A stretch of 64,000 bases of DNA from Anaerolineae bacterium (lineage in GTDB: Bacteria > Chloroflexota > Anaerolineae > B4-G1 > SLSP01), in NCBI GenBank assembly GCA_035347995.1, contig DAOPQD010000006.1, forward strand, positions 1,019-65,018. Reading direction: 5' to 3'. The translations under genes were made by a program, and so were the position numbers. The notes below the pieces were generated by a model. That model was not told the origin of the DNA, made no database searches, and saw only the letters and a program-made list of their open reading frames with translations. Positions 55,421 through 64,000 of this stretch are shown here, in pieces. How positions within the stretch are numbered: position 1 is the stretch's first letter; each line of letters opens with the position of its first letter.

Positions 55421-56209
55421 TCACAAATCGGCTTCTATGCCCTGGGTAATGCAGGCGACAAGACGCAATAATTTATCCATGATGTGCTCTGCATGAATAT
55501 TCCCTTCATGTTTTGCCTGGCTCAGGCGGTCCGATACCACACTTACCCAGCTGCATTTCAGCCCCAGCCTCCTTCCGACTGTAAAAAAGGCTGATGATTC
55601 CATCTCGATCGTGAGGACTCCCAAGTCCCGCAGACGCTCGATCAGATGCGCTTCTTCCCGATACAGAGCCTCCGTCCCAAATGAAAGTCCTATGGTATGG
55701 GCCTCATTTTGTTGCGTCAGGTGGCGGTGAAGCAGCGCCGTCAAGCCGAAATCGGCGACGGCTGGATATTCGATCGGCGCGTAGTATCTCGAGACGCCGT
55801 CGCCTCGGATAGCCCCTTCGAGCAGGATCGTATCTCCGATCTGGAGAGTGTCTTGGAGCGCGCCTCCCAACCCCAGCCCAATCACATACTGGATTCCGCA
55901 AGCGGCTAATTGCTCCAACGAGTTGGCAATTCTTGCCCCGCCATACGACGGAAAATGAATTGCAAAACGCTTTCCGCTCTTGGTGACACACCGCTGCACC
56001 GGCGTGGTGCTGTAGGGCCACTTAAAGGCCGGGTCAATTTGGGGAAGCGTTTCGACTACCTGCCGAAAGAGACCAGAACTGAAGAGGACTAAACACGTCT
56101 TCCCAAGGTCCGCATTTTCTGGATCAAAGCCATGATAGAGGAAATCCTCTCGAGGGGTGACATAGCAGGCATCGCCAGTCCAAATATCATCACAAAAGAT
56201 TGAGTCCAT
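55421..56209 (-). CDS. Nucleoside phosphorylase family protein (PNP/UDP_1 fold; MTA/SAH-nucleosidase or futalosine-hydrolase-like)
   Basis: ...GLGLGGALQDTLQIGDTIL... and ...LTIEMESSAFF... fold motifs. Confidence 0.65.
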   Translation of the reverse strand: MDSIFCDDIWTGDACYVTPREDFLYHGFDPENADLGKTCLVLFSSGLFRQVVETLPQIDPAFKWPYSTTPVQRCVTKSGKRFAIHFPSYGGARIANSLEQLAACGIQYVIGLGLGGALQDTLQIGDTILLEGAIRGDGVSRYYAPIEYPAVADFGLTALLHRHLTQQNEAHTIGLSFGTEALYREEAHLIERLRDLGVLTIEMESSAFFTVGRRLGLKCSWVSVVSDRLSQAKHEGNIHAEHIMDKLLRLVACITQGIEADL

Positions 56210-56707
56210 ATTTCATTCCCTTCAGGGAGACGCTGTTGTCTACAGCAGCCGCAGTGTGAAAAGCGCGCACGGCGCATCATGCTGACGTGATTCTTCCACG
56301 GCTTGGTGGAGAGGCCATTTTGTTTCGCAGGGCTTCACAGAAAGCGCTGATTTCATCCGGCGGGACCGCCTCACTCTCTGAAACTTTAATCAGGGCAAAA
56401 CTTTTGCTACCCTTTAAGTCGTTCGTCAGACCTTGCGGTTTGGCGAAAACATGAAAATGAATGTGATGGAAATGCTCTGCCTCCGCAAAACAAGAGACAT
56501 ATTCTTTTTCACATTCTCTCCTCCCTTGCTGGACAAGATGAACGCATCGGAAATGAGAAAACGCTGCTGTGACAGGGGAAATTAAATTTATTTACCATGG
56601 GGCGCGCAGAGATTCTTTACAAGATGCCCCCTTGCGGATGACCTGCTGCTCGCGCGGTCAGCTGCAGGGGGCATCCGTCCGTCAGCCTGCCTGGCTATGA
56701 CAGGGGC

Positions 56708-57811
56708 TTATCCCTTCGCTGGCAGCGTCGTGACGCGCTCCCCCCGAATGTAAGCCTCCAGGTTCTCGCGCGCCTCGTCGTCGGTGAATTGCACCGGTGG
56801 TGATTTCATGAAATAGGCCGAAGGTTCCACGATCGCGCCGCTCAAGCCGCGATCCAGCGCCAGTTTTGCCGTGCGGATGGCATCAATGATGACGCCGGCA
56901 CTGTTGGGGCTGTCCCACACCTCCAGTTTGACCTCCAGGTTGAGCGGGACATTGCCGAAAGTCGTGCCTTCCATGCGGATGTGGCACCATTTACGATCCT
57001 GCAGCCACGGCACGTGATCGCTGGGCCCCACATGAATGTTCTCCGCGCCCAGATCGTAGGGAATCTGGCTGGTGACGGCGTTGGTCTTGGAGATCTTCTT
57101 TGATTCCAGCCGTTCGCGCTCTAGCATGTTGAGGAAGTCGGTGTTGCCGCCGAAGTTGAGCTGATAAGTGCGGTCAATCTGCACGCCGCGATCCACGAAG
57201 AGCCGCGTGAGCACCCGATGCAGGATCGTCGCGCCCAGCTGGCTTTTCACATCGTCGCCGATGACAGGCAAGCCCCGCTCGGCGAACCGCCGCTGCCAGT
57301 ACCCCTCGCGCGCGATAAAGACCGGAATGCCATTGACAAAAGCGCAACCGGCGTCCAGAATTTGCTCCACGTACCACTTGGTCGCCATCTCGCTGCCCAC
57401 CGGCAGGAAGTTGACCACCACCTCGGTCCGGGTATCCTGCAAAATGCCGCGAATGTCGGCCGTAGGGCCGGGCGCTTTCTGGATGACCTGGGACAGATAC
57501 TTGCCCAGGCTGTCGTGCGTCATGCCTCGATACACCGGGACGTTGAGGTACGGCACCTCGGCGAACCGGTAAGTGTTGTTCGGCGGGGCGAAAATCGCCT
57601 CGGACAGATCCTTGCCTACCTTGTTCACGTCAATGTCGAAAGCCGCCGTAAATTCGATGTCCCGCACGTGATAGGGGCCGAGGCGAGCGTGCATCAATCC
57701 CGGAATAAAGGCATCTTCCGGCGCGTTCTGATAGAAGTGAACCCCTTGCACCAGCGCTGAAGCGCAATTGCCAATGCCGATGACCGCAACCCGGATTTTC
57801 CGTTCACTCAT
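56708..57811 (-). CDS. myo-Inositol-1-phosphate synthase
   Basis: [23 protein letters not shown] Rossmann N-terminus. ...NGIPVFIA... and overall archaeal/bacterial MIPS pattern. Confidence 0.85.
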   Translation of the reverse strand: MSERKIRVAVIGIGNCASALVQGVHFYQNAPEDAFIPGLMHARLGPYHVRDIEFTAAFDIDVNKVGKDLSEAIFAPPNNTYRFAEVPYLNVPVYRGMTHDSLGKYLSQVIQKAPGPTADIRGILQDTRTEVVVNFLPVGSEMATKWYVEQILDAGCAFVNGIPVFIAREGYWQRRFAERGLPVIGDDVKSQLGATILHRVLTRLFVDRGVQIDRTYQLNFGGNTDFLNMLERERLESKKISKTNAVTSQIPYDLGAENIHVGPSDHVPWLQDRKWCHIRMEGTTFGNVPLNLEVKLEVWDSPNSAGVIIDAIRTAKLALDRGLSGAIVEPSAYFMKSPPVQFTDDEARENLEAYIRGERVTTLPAKG

Positions 57812-58087
57812 GTCCTATTGATCTCCTTGAAAAAATGACTTGACTTGTAATCCGACGCTCGTTGCCTTTGGGGGAGCAAGCCGTCGGTGAGACTCCCTGG
57901 TGGGGACCCGCTGGGGATGGCCCACGAGGACTATAGCACGGTTCGTAACGCTGTCAAGAAATCGCCCAGCAGCAAGGCATAGTACTTAGGTACTATTCCC
58001 CTATGGTTATAACTGTGTTAAAATTTAGTCAGAATTCTCATTCCAGGCACATATGTTCGGTAAGAAATAAGTTTATCAGGGGGTGCT

Positions 58088-60040
58088 ATGATGGGCAAGA
58101 CGCGGTTTCAACGAGTTGTAGCGCTGTTTTTGGTTATCTTCACTCTAACTTTCGCTTTATCAGGCAGCACGCTACGTGTGACCTCCTCACGGATCGCGGT
58201 TATCGTGCGGGGCGCCACCCTGGAAAGCGCCGCTGTCGCAGTCGCTCAGAACGGCGGGCGGGTGCTGGAGAGCTATCCCATGATTAACGCTGTTTTGGCC
58301 GACATTCCCGTCGCCGCCGGCAATGCTCTCACCGCGGCTGGGGGCGTTGAGGGCGTGTTCCCCAATCACACCGTCGAGGCCGCGGGCGGGCCGATAAGAG
58401 AGGAAGTGGAATTTGCCGAAGCCGTGGGGGCGGCGGACGTGTGGGCCGAGGGCCATCTCGGTCAGGGCGTCACCGTTGCTTTCCTGGACACCGGCATCGA
58501 ACCGCGTTTTGCCAGCCTGCGGCATGGAGCCAATGGGAATCGGCGTATCCTGGCGTACTACGACGCCATCGGCAATAGGCTTTATAAGGAGCCGCATCTG
58601 ATGCAATCGCCGGGCGACCCGAACGGGCACGGCACGCACGTCGCGGGCATTGTCGCCAACAGCACCTACGAACCGCGAAAGGACGCCTATCTGGGCCTGG
58701 CGCCGGCGGTGAACCTGGTGGCGGTGCGTGCCCTGAATGCCGACGGCTCGGGTACTTACGCCGATGTGTTGCGCGGCATTCAGTGGGTCATTGACAACAA
58801 GGACGTTTACAACATCCGCGTGCTCAACATCTCCATGTATGCCCAGTCCCTTGCTCCCTATTGGGCGGACCCCTTCTGTCTGGCCACGATGGCGGCCTGG
58901 AATGCGGGCATCACAGTTGTGGTGAGCGCGGGGAATGGCGGGCCTACGCCGATGAGCATCGGCGTGCCGGGCAACACTCCCTATGTCATCACCGTTGGCG
59001 CTTTCACGGATAATTACACTCCCTCCGATTTCGGCGATGACTACATTCCAGAATTCTCCGCTACGGGGCCCACGCTGGACGCCTTCGTCAAACCGGATGT
59101 GGTCGCGCCCGGTGCGCACATCGTCTCGCTGGCGCGCCATGACACCTATCTGGCCCAGCAGTATCCCGAGAACCGCATCGTCCCCTTCTATTTCAAGACT
59201 GCCGGAACCTCGATGTCGGCGGCGATGGTCTCCGGCGCGGCGGCGTTGATGCTCAGCGCGCATCCGGAATTGACCCCCGATCAGGTGAAGTATCGCCTGA
59301 CGCTCACGGCGCGACCGCAGTTCAGCGAGTACACCGGGGAAGCGGCGTACAGCATCTGGGAGCAGGGCGCCGGGCGCATTTGGATCCCCGATGCCGTCCA
59401 CACGACCATTCAGGGCGTCGCCAATCGCGGCATGGACCTGGCGGCCGACCTCGCGGGCGCAATCCACTATCAGGGCAAGACGGCGTACGATCCAGCAACA
59501 GAGCAGTTCCACATTTTGGGCTATGACACCTGGGCTGGCGGCTACGAGACCTGGGCTGGCGGCTATGAGACCTGGGCTGGCGGTTACGAGACCTGGGCTG
59601 GTGGCACCACTAACTGGTCGGGTGACTTCAATGACTGGGTGGCTGCTTACCAGAGTTGGAGCGATGGCTGGAACGCCTGGGCAGGTGGTTACGAGACGTG
59701 GGCCGGTGGCTACGAGACGTGGGCTGGCGGCTACGAGACGTGGGCTGGCGGCTACGAGACCTGGGCCGGTGGCTATGAAACCTGGGCTGGCGGCTACGAG
59801 ACGTGGGCTGGCGGTTATGAGACGTGGGCTGGCGGCTACGCGACCTGGGCTGGCGGTTATGAGACGTGGGCTGGCGGCTACGAAACCTGGGCTGGTGGCT
59901 ATGAAACCTGGGCTGGTGGCTATGAAACGTGGGCCGGTGCTATCGGAGATCCGACCTGGGCGGCAGCTTTCGTCAACTTGCAGAATGTTCCTGGCAGTAC
60001 CGCCACGGTGGGAGTCAACTGGGTGAATTTTACTGAATAG
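58088..60040 (+). CDS. Secreted subtilisin-like (S8) serine peptidase with C-terminal array of ~17 heptapeptide (ETWAGGY) repeats
   Basis: Signal peptide. Asp (AFLDTGIEP), His (HGTHVAGIV), Ser (GTSMSAAMVSGAAAL) catalytic triad. Repeat array at 59518..59945. Confidence 0.85.
   Translation: MMGKTRFQRVVALFLVIFTLTFALSGSTLRVTSSRIAVIVRGATLESAAVAVAQNGGRVLESYPMINAVLADIPVAAGNALTAAGGVEGVFPNHTVEAAGGPIREEVEFAEAVGAADVWAEGHLGQGVTVAFLDTGIEPRFASLRHGANGNRRILAYYDAIGNRLYKEPHLMQSPGDPNGHGTHVAGIVANSTYEPRKDAYLGLAPAVNLVAVRALNADGSGTYADVLRGIQWVIDNKDVYNIRVLNISMYAQSLAPYWADPFCLATMAAWNAGITVVVSAGNGGPTPMSIGVPGNTPYVITVGAFTDNYTPSDFGDDYIPEFSATGPTLDAFVKPDVVAPGAHIVSLARHDTYLAQQYPENRIVPFYFKTAGTSMSAAMVSGAAALMLSAHPELTPDQVKYRLTLTARPQFSEYTGEAAYSIWEQGAGRIWIPDAVHTTIQGVANRGMDLAADLAGAIHYQGKTAYDPATEQFHILGYDTWAGGYETWAGGYETWAGGYETWAGGTTNWSGDFNDWVAAYQSWSDGWNAWAGGYETWAGGYETWAGGYETWAGGYETWAGGYETWAGGYETWAGGYETWAGGYATWAGGYETWAGGYETWAGGYETWAGGYETWAGAIGDPTWAAAFVNLQNVPGSTATVGVNWVNFTE
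59518..59945 (+). repeat. In-frame 21-nt tandem repeat (ACCTGGGCTGGCGGCTACGAG), ~17 near-perfect units in two blocks
   Basis: Seen directly. Encodes (ETWAGGY)n within the S8 peptidase. Confidence 0.85.
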
Positions 60041-60117
60041 ATTTTAATCGCCTATTCAAAGACAAACAGGCGGGGGGCTAACCCCCGCCTGTTGTTCTGC
60101 TGTGACACAAGATGATG

Positions 60118-63100
60118 TCAGCGCGCAGTTTCGTGCTCGAGTTGGGCCAACGCCGCTTCTGTCTCTTGTAGATCCGCTGCCGCGCCGAGATGTGCGAAGA
60201 TTTGCCGGGCGCGTAGAAGCTCATCATGTGCTTGTTGTGTAGATTCGCAATCCAGATAGAACCGTGCGCTCCAGTAGCGACTGTGGGCCTCGTCAACGAT
60301 CGCTCCGCTTTTATGAAATAGCCGGAGGCTTTCCTCAATGTGCGTTCTTGCGTTTTGAGTGTCACCTCTTGCCTGAGCGAGACGGGCAAGGAGCATTTCG
60401 CAGCGTCCCTTTTCTACAGCGATTTCGGCTTCATCCCTGGTAAAGGCCTGCAGCAGGTCGTAGCTGGTTTGGGCGGCTTCCCGCGCAACTTCCAGATATC
60501 CCTGCTCCAGGCCGAGCCATCCGCGCAAAAATTGTGTGTTTACCAGCTCCAACTGTCCCCGCGCGCCTGTCTCTCTATACAGGCTGATAGCAGCGTTGAG
60601 ATGTTGCGCACTTTTGTTCCACTGCTTGCGCAGCAAATACACACGCCCGAGATTGCGATGCGCCTGCGCCAGATGATAGGGATTGGCGAGCTGTTGAGCC
60701 AGCTTCAAATCCCACAGTAGATGACGCTCAGCTTCGTCCCATTGCCCCAGATCGGTATAGAGCACACCCAGGTTGGTGTAAGCAATAGTGGTTCCCTCGA
60801 TGTCTCCGATCCGTTCGACGATCTCCAGACAGCGGTGGTAACTGCTGAGGGCTTTTTCCCAATCCCCTTGATTCTTTTGCAGGATGCCTAAATTGTTTAA
60901 CGGCCGCGCCATGCCGACCACATCGCCTACCTGCTCCAGGAGTTCCAGCGACTTCTGGACTGCCGCTGTGGCTTTCTCCAGGTCGCCCTGGGCGTAGTAC
61001 ACCGCTCCCAAACGGTTGAAGATAGCGGAAAGCGGCCCGTACAGCTGGTGTTGCCCGGCGAGCTGGGCCGCCTGTTCCAGCCAGCGTTGCGCCGTCGTGA
61101 CATCCCCCTGCCGCAAAGAGAGCCATCCCAGCTCCGAGTCGAGCTGCGCCTCCACTTTGGGGAGGGGATGCGGCGCCAGGCGGAGCTGCGCCAGCCCCTG
61201 CCGCAGCCAGATCTCTGCTTCCTGCTGATTGCCCTTTTTGTGCCATACCTGCCCCAACTTCAGCATCACTTCGGCCGCGTCTTCCTGAAAACCTTCGGTC
61301 GGGCTTTCCAGGGCGGCCCGATAACAGGCGATCGCTTCCTCATAATTGCCAACATGCTGGTTGATGTCGCCCAGGCCGATGTTGGCCTGCCGACGTTCCA
61401 CAGCATAGGTCTCGATATGCTGCGCCAACTGCAGGGCACGGCTGTAATAGTCCAGCGCTTCCCGGTTGGCAAAGCGCTGACGGGCGCGATCCCCTGCCAG
61501 CAGCAGATACTTGAGCGCTTTGCTGCGCTCACCGGCGCGATCGTAGTGCAGGGCGAGCACCTCCACGTGCGGCGCCAGATCCGCCGCGTACAGCTGCTCG
61601 ATTGCCTCGGCGATGTTGCGATGGAGCAGGGGCCGCTGGCTCCGCAGCAGGCTGCTGTAGATCGTCTCCTGGGTCAAAATGTGGCGGAACGCATAGACTT
61701 TCTCTTCGCCTTCATGCCGCTCGACGAGCAGTCCCATCTCCGTGAGCCGCTCTAGCGCCGGCAAGACGTTGGCGCTGCCCTGCTGCCGTCGCCGGACCTC
61801 GTTGAGCAGGCTGGCGGAAAATTGCAGGCCGATGACGGCCGCATCGCGCAAGAGGTTCCGCAGGTCTTCAGGTAACCGATCCACACGCGCCATCATCAAC
61901 CCGCGCAGGGTGGTGGGGATTTCCAGCGTTTCAGTGTTGATGAGGGGACTGACTTCCCATTGACCGTTGGCTGCGTGGACCAGCTGGCGCTCGATGAGCG
62001 TGCGCACGAATTCTTCGATGTAGAAGGGATTGCCCTCGGCGTGGCGCAGGAGCAATTGGATCATCGCTTCGGGCAGCTCACGGACGTTGATCAGATTCTC
62101 AAGCAAGGCGCGGCTGTCTTCATTCGACAGCGGGCTGACGTTGATTTCCGTCACCAGGAGGCCTGTTGCGGCCTCGCCTGCCGCGGCCCAGCTGAGCGGC
62201 TTTTCCGGCTGTGGGCGGGTGATCACGCACAACAGCACGGGCAACTCCCGGGTCAGCGAGACGAGCGCGTTCAACATGTCATGCGAGAGATCGTCGGCCC
62301 AGTGGAAATCCTCCAAAATCAGAATGAGCGGGCATTCCGCGCTGAGGGTCACGGCCCATTCGCGCATTGCCAGCAAAGTCAGTTTTTTGATCTGTTCCGG
62401 CTCCAATTCCCGCAGGGCGGAATGTTCAGTTGCCGCGGTCCGCACGCCCAGAATGGCGCGCAGGTGCGGTCGGAGGTCCGGCGAGACGTACCGCTCCACC
62501 TCCGCCAGGCCACCGGGCAGGGCGCGCAGCGCGTTTTGGAGCAGGGAACGGAAAATCCCGTAGCCCGTGCCCTGCGCATAGGGCAGCCCCCGTCCCTGGA
62601 AGACGTTGGCCTGATTTGGGGATAGCGCGCTGAGCCATTCGGCCACCAGCCGTGTCTTGCCGATGCCGGCCTCGCCGCGGATGATAACGATCCCCCCTGT
62701 GTGCTGTTCGAGGAGCGCCGTGCGCACCTTTGCCAGCTGCTCGAGCTCGGCGGCGTGTCCCAGGAAGACGGGGCGCACGCCGGCCAGACCCCGCACTGCG
62801 AGCGGAATCGCGCGCTCGCTCAGCAGATCGTAGAGGGGAAGCGGCGTGTCCAGCCCGCGAATCGTCATCTCGCCAAGGGCCTGGTAGTTGAACAGCGCTT
62901 GCGTCTGCTGATATACCCGCTCGCTGACCAGAATGTGGCCCGGCAGCGCGTGAGATTCCAGCCGCGCGGCGAGGTTCACGGTCTCGCCGATGACGGTGTA
63001 GGCGGCCTGCGTCTCCGTCCCTAAAACGCCGGCGACGGCCAGCCCGCAGTTGATGCCAATTCGGATTTGAATGGGGGCGCCCAGGCGGGTCTGAGCGATG

Positions 63101-63651
63101 GGGGCAAATTCGGCGATGGCGCGTTGCATGTCGAGCGCGGTGCGCACGGCGAGCTCGGCGTCATTCTCGTGGGCTACCGGCGCGCCGAAGACGGCCATCA
63201 AGCCGTCGCCGGTAAATTTATCCACCAGGCCGTCGTAGTGGTGGACGGAAGCCACCATCAAGCCCAAAAAGTCGTTGATGAGCTTGAACACCGATTCGGC
63301 ATCGAGGGAGGCCGAGAGATGCGTGAAATCGACCGCGTCCACAAACAACACGGTGATCTCGCGGCGTTCACTCCGCAGCCCTTCGGGGGTGTGCAACAGG
63401 CTGTTGGCCACCACGCGGGGCAGGAAGCGTTGCAGACGTTGGAGGGCCTCTTCCGCATTGCCCACTGAGGCAGCCGGTAGAAGGTCTTCTTCTGGCAAGC
63501 GCAGCAGTGCGCCGCAACTGTTGCAATAGCGCGCGCCGGGTGGATTGAGATGTCCGCAACGTAGACAGCGCTGACTCGCTGCGGCCGCTGCTTGCTCTTC
63601 TGTTGAAGAAACCGTATTCATACCTGAAAGCTCTCGCTGAACTCCCCACAT
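60118..63651 (-). CDS. Multidomain signalling protein: zinc ribbon, class III adenylate/guanylate cyclase domain, AAA/STAND NTPase, TPR repeats
   Basis: CLRCGHLNPPGARYCNSCG. Cyclase core ...ITVLFVDAVDFTHLS...FTGDGLMAVFG.... Walker A GEAGIGKTRL. C-terminal TPRs. Start uncertain (GTG 63693 or ATG 63651). Confidence 0.8.
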   Translation of the reverse strand: MWGVQRELSGMNTVSSTEEQAAAAASQRCLRCGHLNPPGARYCNSCGALLRLPEEDLLPAASVGNAEEALQRLQRFLPRVVANSLLHTPEGLRSERREITVLFVDAVDFTHLSASLDAESVFKLINDFLGLMVASVHHYDGLVDKFTGDGLMAVFGAPVAHENDAELAVRTALDMQRAIAEFAPIAQTRLGAPIQIRIGINCGLAVAGVLGTETQAAYTVIGETVNLAARLESHALPGHILVSERVYQQTQALFNYQALGEMTIRGLDTPLPLYDLLSERAIPLAVRGLAGVRPVFLGHAAELEQLAKVRTALLEQHTGGIVIIRGEAGIGKTRLVAEWLSALSPNQANVFQGRGLPYAQGTGYGIFRSLLQNALRALPGGLAEVERYVSPDLRPHLRAILGVRTAATEHSALRELEPEQIKKLTLLAMREWAVTLSAECPLILILEDFHWADDLSHDMLNALVSLTRELPVLLCVITRPQPEKPLSWAAAGEAATGLLVTEINVSPLSNEDSRALLENLINVRELPEAMIQLLLRHAEGNPFYIEEFVRTLIERQLVHAANGQWEVSPLINTETLEIPTTLRGLMMARVDRLPEDLRNLLRDAAVIGLQFSASLLNEVRRRQQGSANVLPALERLTEMGLLVERHEGEEKVYAFRHILTQETIYSSLLRSQRPLLHRNIAEAIEQLYAADLAPHVEVLALHYDRAGERSKALKYLLLAGDRARQRFANREALDYYSRALQLAQHIETYAVERRQANIGLGDINQHVGNYEEAIACYRAALESPTEGFQEDAAEVMLKLGQVWHKKGNQQEAEIWLRQGLAQLRLAPHPLPKVEAQLDSELGWLSLRQGDVTTAQRWLEQAAQLAGQHQLYGPLSAIFNRLGAVYYAQGDLEKATAAVQKSLELLEQVGDVVGMARPLNNLGILQKNQGDWEKALSSYHRCLEIVERIGDIEGTTIAYTNLGVLYTDLGQWDEAERHLLWDLKLAQQLANPYHLAQAHRNLGRVYLLRKQWNKSAQHLNAAISLYRETGARGQLELVNTQFLRGWLGLEQGYLEVAREAAQTSYDLLQAFTRDEAEIAVEKGRCEMLLARLAQARGDTQNARTHIEESLRLFHKSGAIVDEAHSRYWSARFYLDCESTQQAHDELLRARQIFAHLGAAADLQETEAALAQLEHETAR

Positions 63652-63862
63652 GTTAGCATTCCCTAGTGTACCATCCTTTTGGGCTTTTGTCACGTTGGAA
63701 TGGATGGCGTTCGGGCGAGAAATGGTAAGGAATCGGTTTTGGGTGATGGTTTGACAAAGCGGATGTTCAAGGCATACTTAGAGAGTCGGCATGTTCTTCG
63801 GGCACACCATCGAGAATGGCGTGGGAACATGTGAACATCACATCCTCGTGGAATCGTGGGGC

Positions 63863-64000
63863 ATGCAAGTTCTATTCACGGTGGTCTTACCGGTGTTCCT
63901 CGTTTCCGGGCTGGTGGCCCTGTTGCAGCCGCGCCTGCGGCTCAACGGCGATGCCCTGGCGCGGACGAGCATGCTCGTTTTCGTGCCGGCGATGACTTTG
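63863..64000 (+). CDS. 5' end of a membrane transporter gene (auxin-efflux-carrier/AEC-family-like N-terminus), truncated by the window edge
   Basis: MQVLFTVVLPVFLVSGLVALLQPRLRLNGDALARTSMLVFVPAMTL is a hydrophobic N-terminus typical of AEC permeases. Confidence 0.35.
   Translation, partial: MQVLFTVVLPVFLVSGLVALLQPRLRLNGDALARTSMLVFVPAMTL

Noticed and set aside
59518-59945. Possible CRISPR array (regular direct repeats)
   Set aside because: Units are 21 nt and contiguous with no spacers, and lie in-frame inside a protease gene. The 7-nt and 12-nt arrays are likewise spacer-less microsatellites. No cas genes in the window.

Overview
High-GC (roughly two-thirds G+C by eye, not computed) chromosomal segment, consistent with a Chloroflexota-like bacterium, possibly thermophilic (ttuA/ttuB 2-thiouridine system, archaeal-type mevalonate pathway with isopentenyl-phosphate kinase). 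Housekeeping genes include rpoC, queA, prmC, malQ, pgm, myo-inositol-1-phosphate synthase, tRNA-Pro, two two-component systems and a MoxR/DUF58 pair. Accessory content is interspersed. (1) AbiE and VapBC toxin-antitoxin pairs flank two paralogous GT-C glycosyltransferase genes, in what looks like a lower-GC patch. (2) An ECF sigma / anti-sigma / beta-helical membrane protein module is followed by a minus-strand locus of secreted beta-helix proteins. Three of those proteins end in the same YLPLVLRN(Y) tail, which I do not recognise as a described sorting signal. (3) A conserved, structured ~170-300 nt 5' leader (repeat family 2) with a GAGGAGG ribosome-binding site precedes three secreted/membrane-protein genes. 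(4) A ~310 bp MITE-like element with terminal inverted repeats and three GC-rich hairpins occurs three times, always in the same orientation relative to flanking genes. One copy is nested inside a family-2 leader. (5) A short GAAAAGCG-rich element family occurs in intergenic DNA and, in-frame, four times inside the GT-C genes. The in-frame copies always encode a charged linker plus an RSTQY-like motif. (6) An S8 protease carries ~17 near-perfect 21-nt (WAGGYET heptapeptide) repeats. There is also a 7-nt microsatellite (~23 units) and a 12-nt x4 repeat. Many long ORFs in the six-frame track are antisense shadows of real genes in GC-rich DNA and were rejected. No CRISPR array, integrase, transposase or reverse transcriptase was seen.
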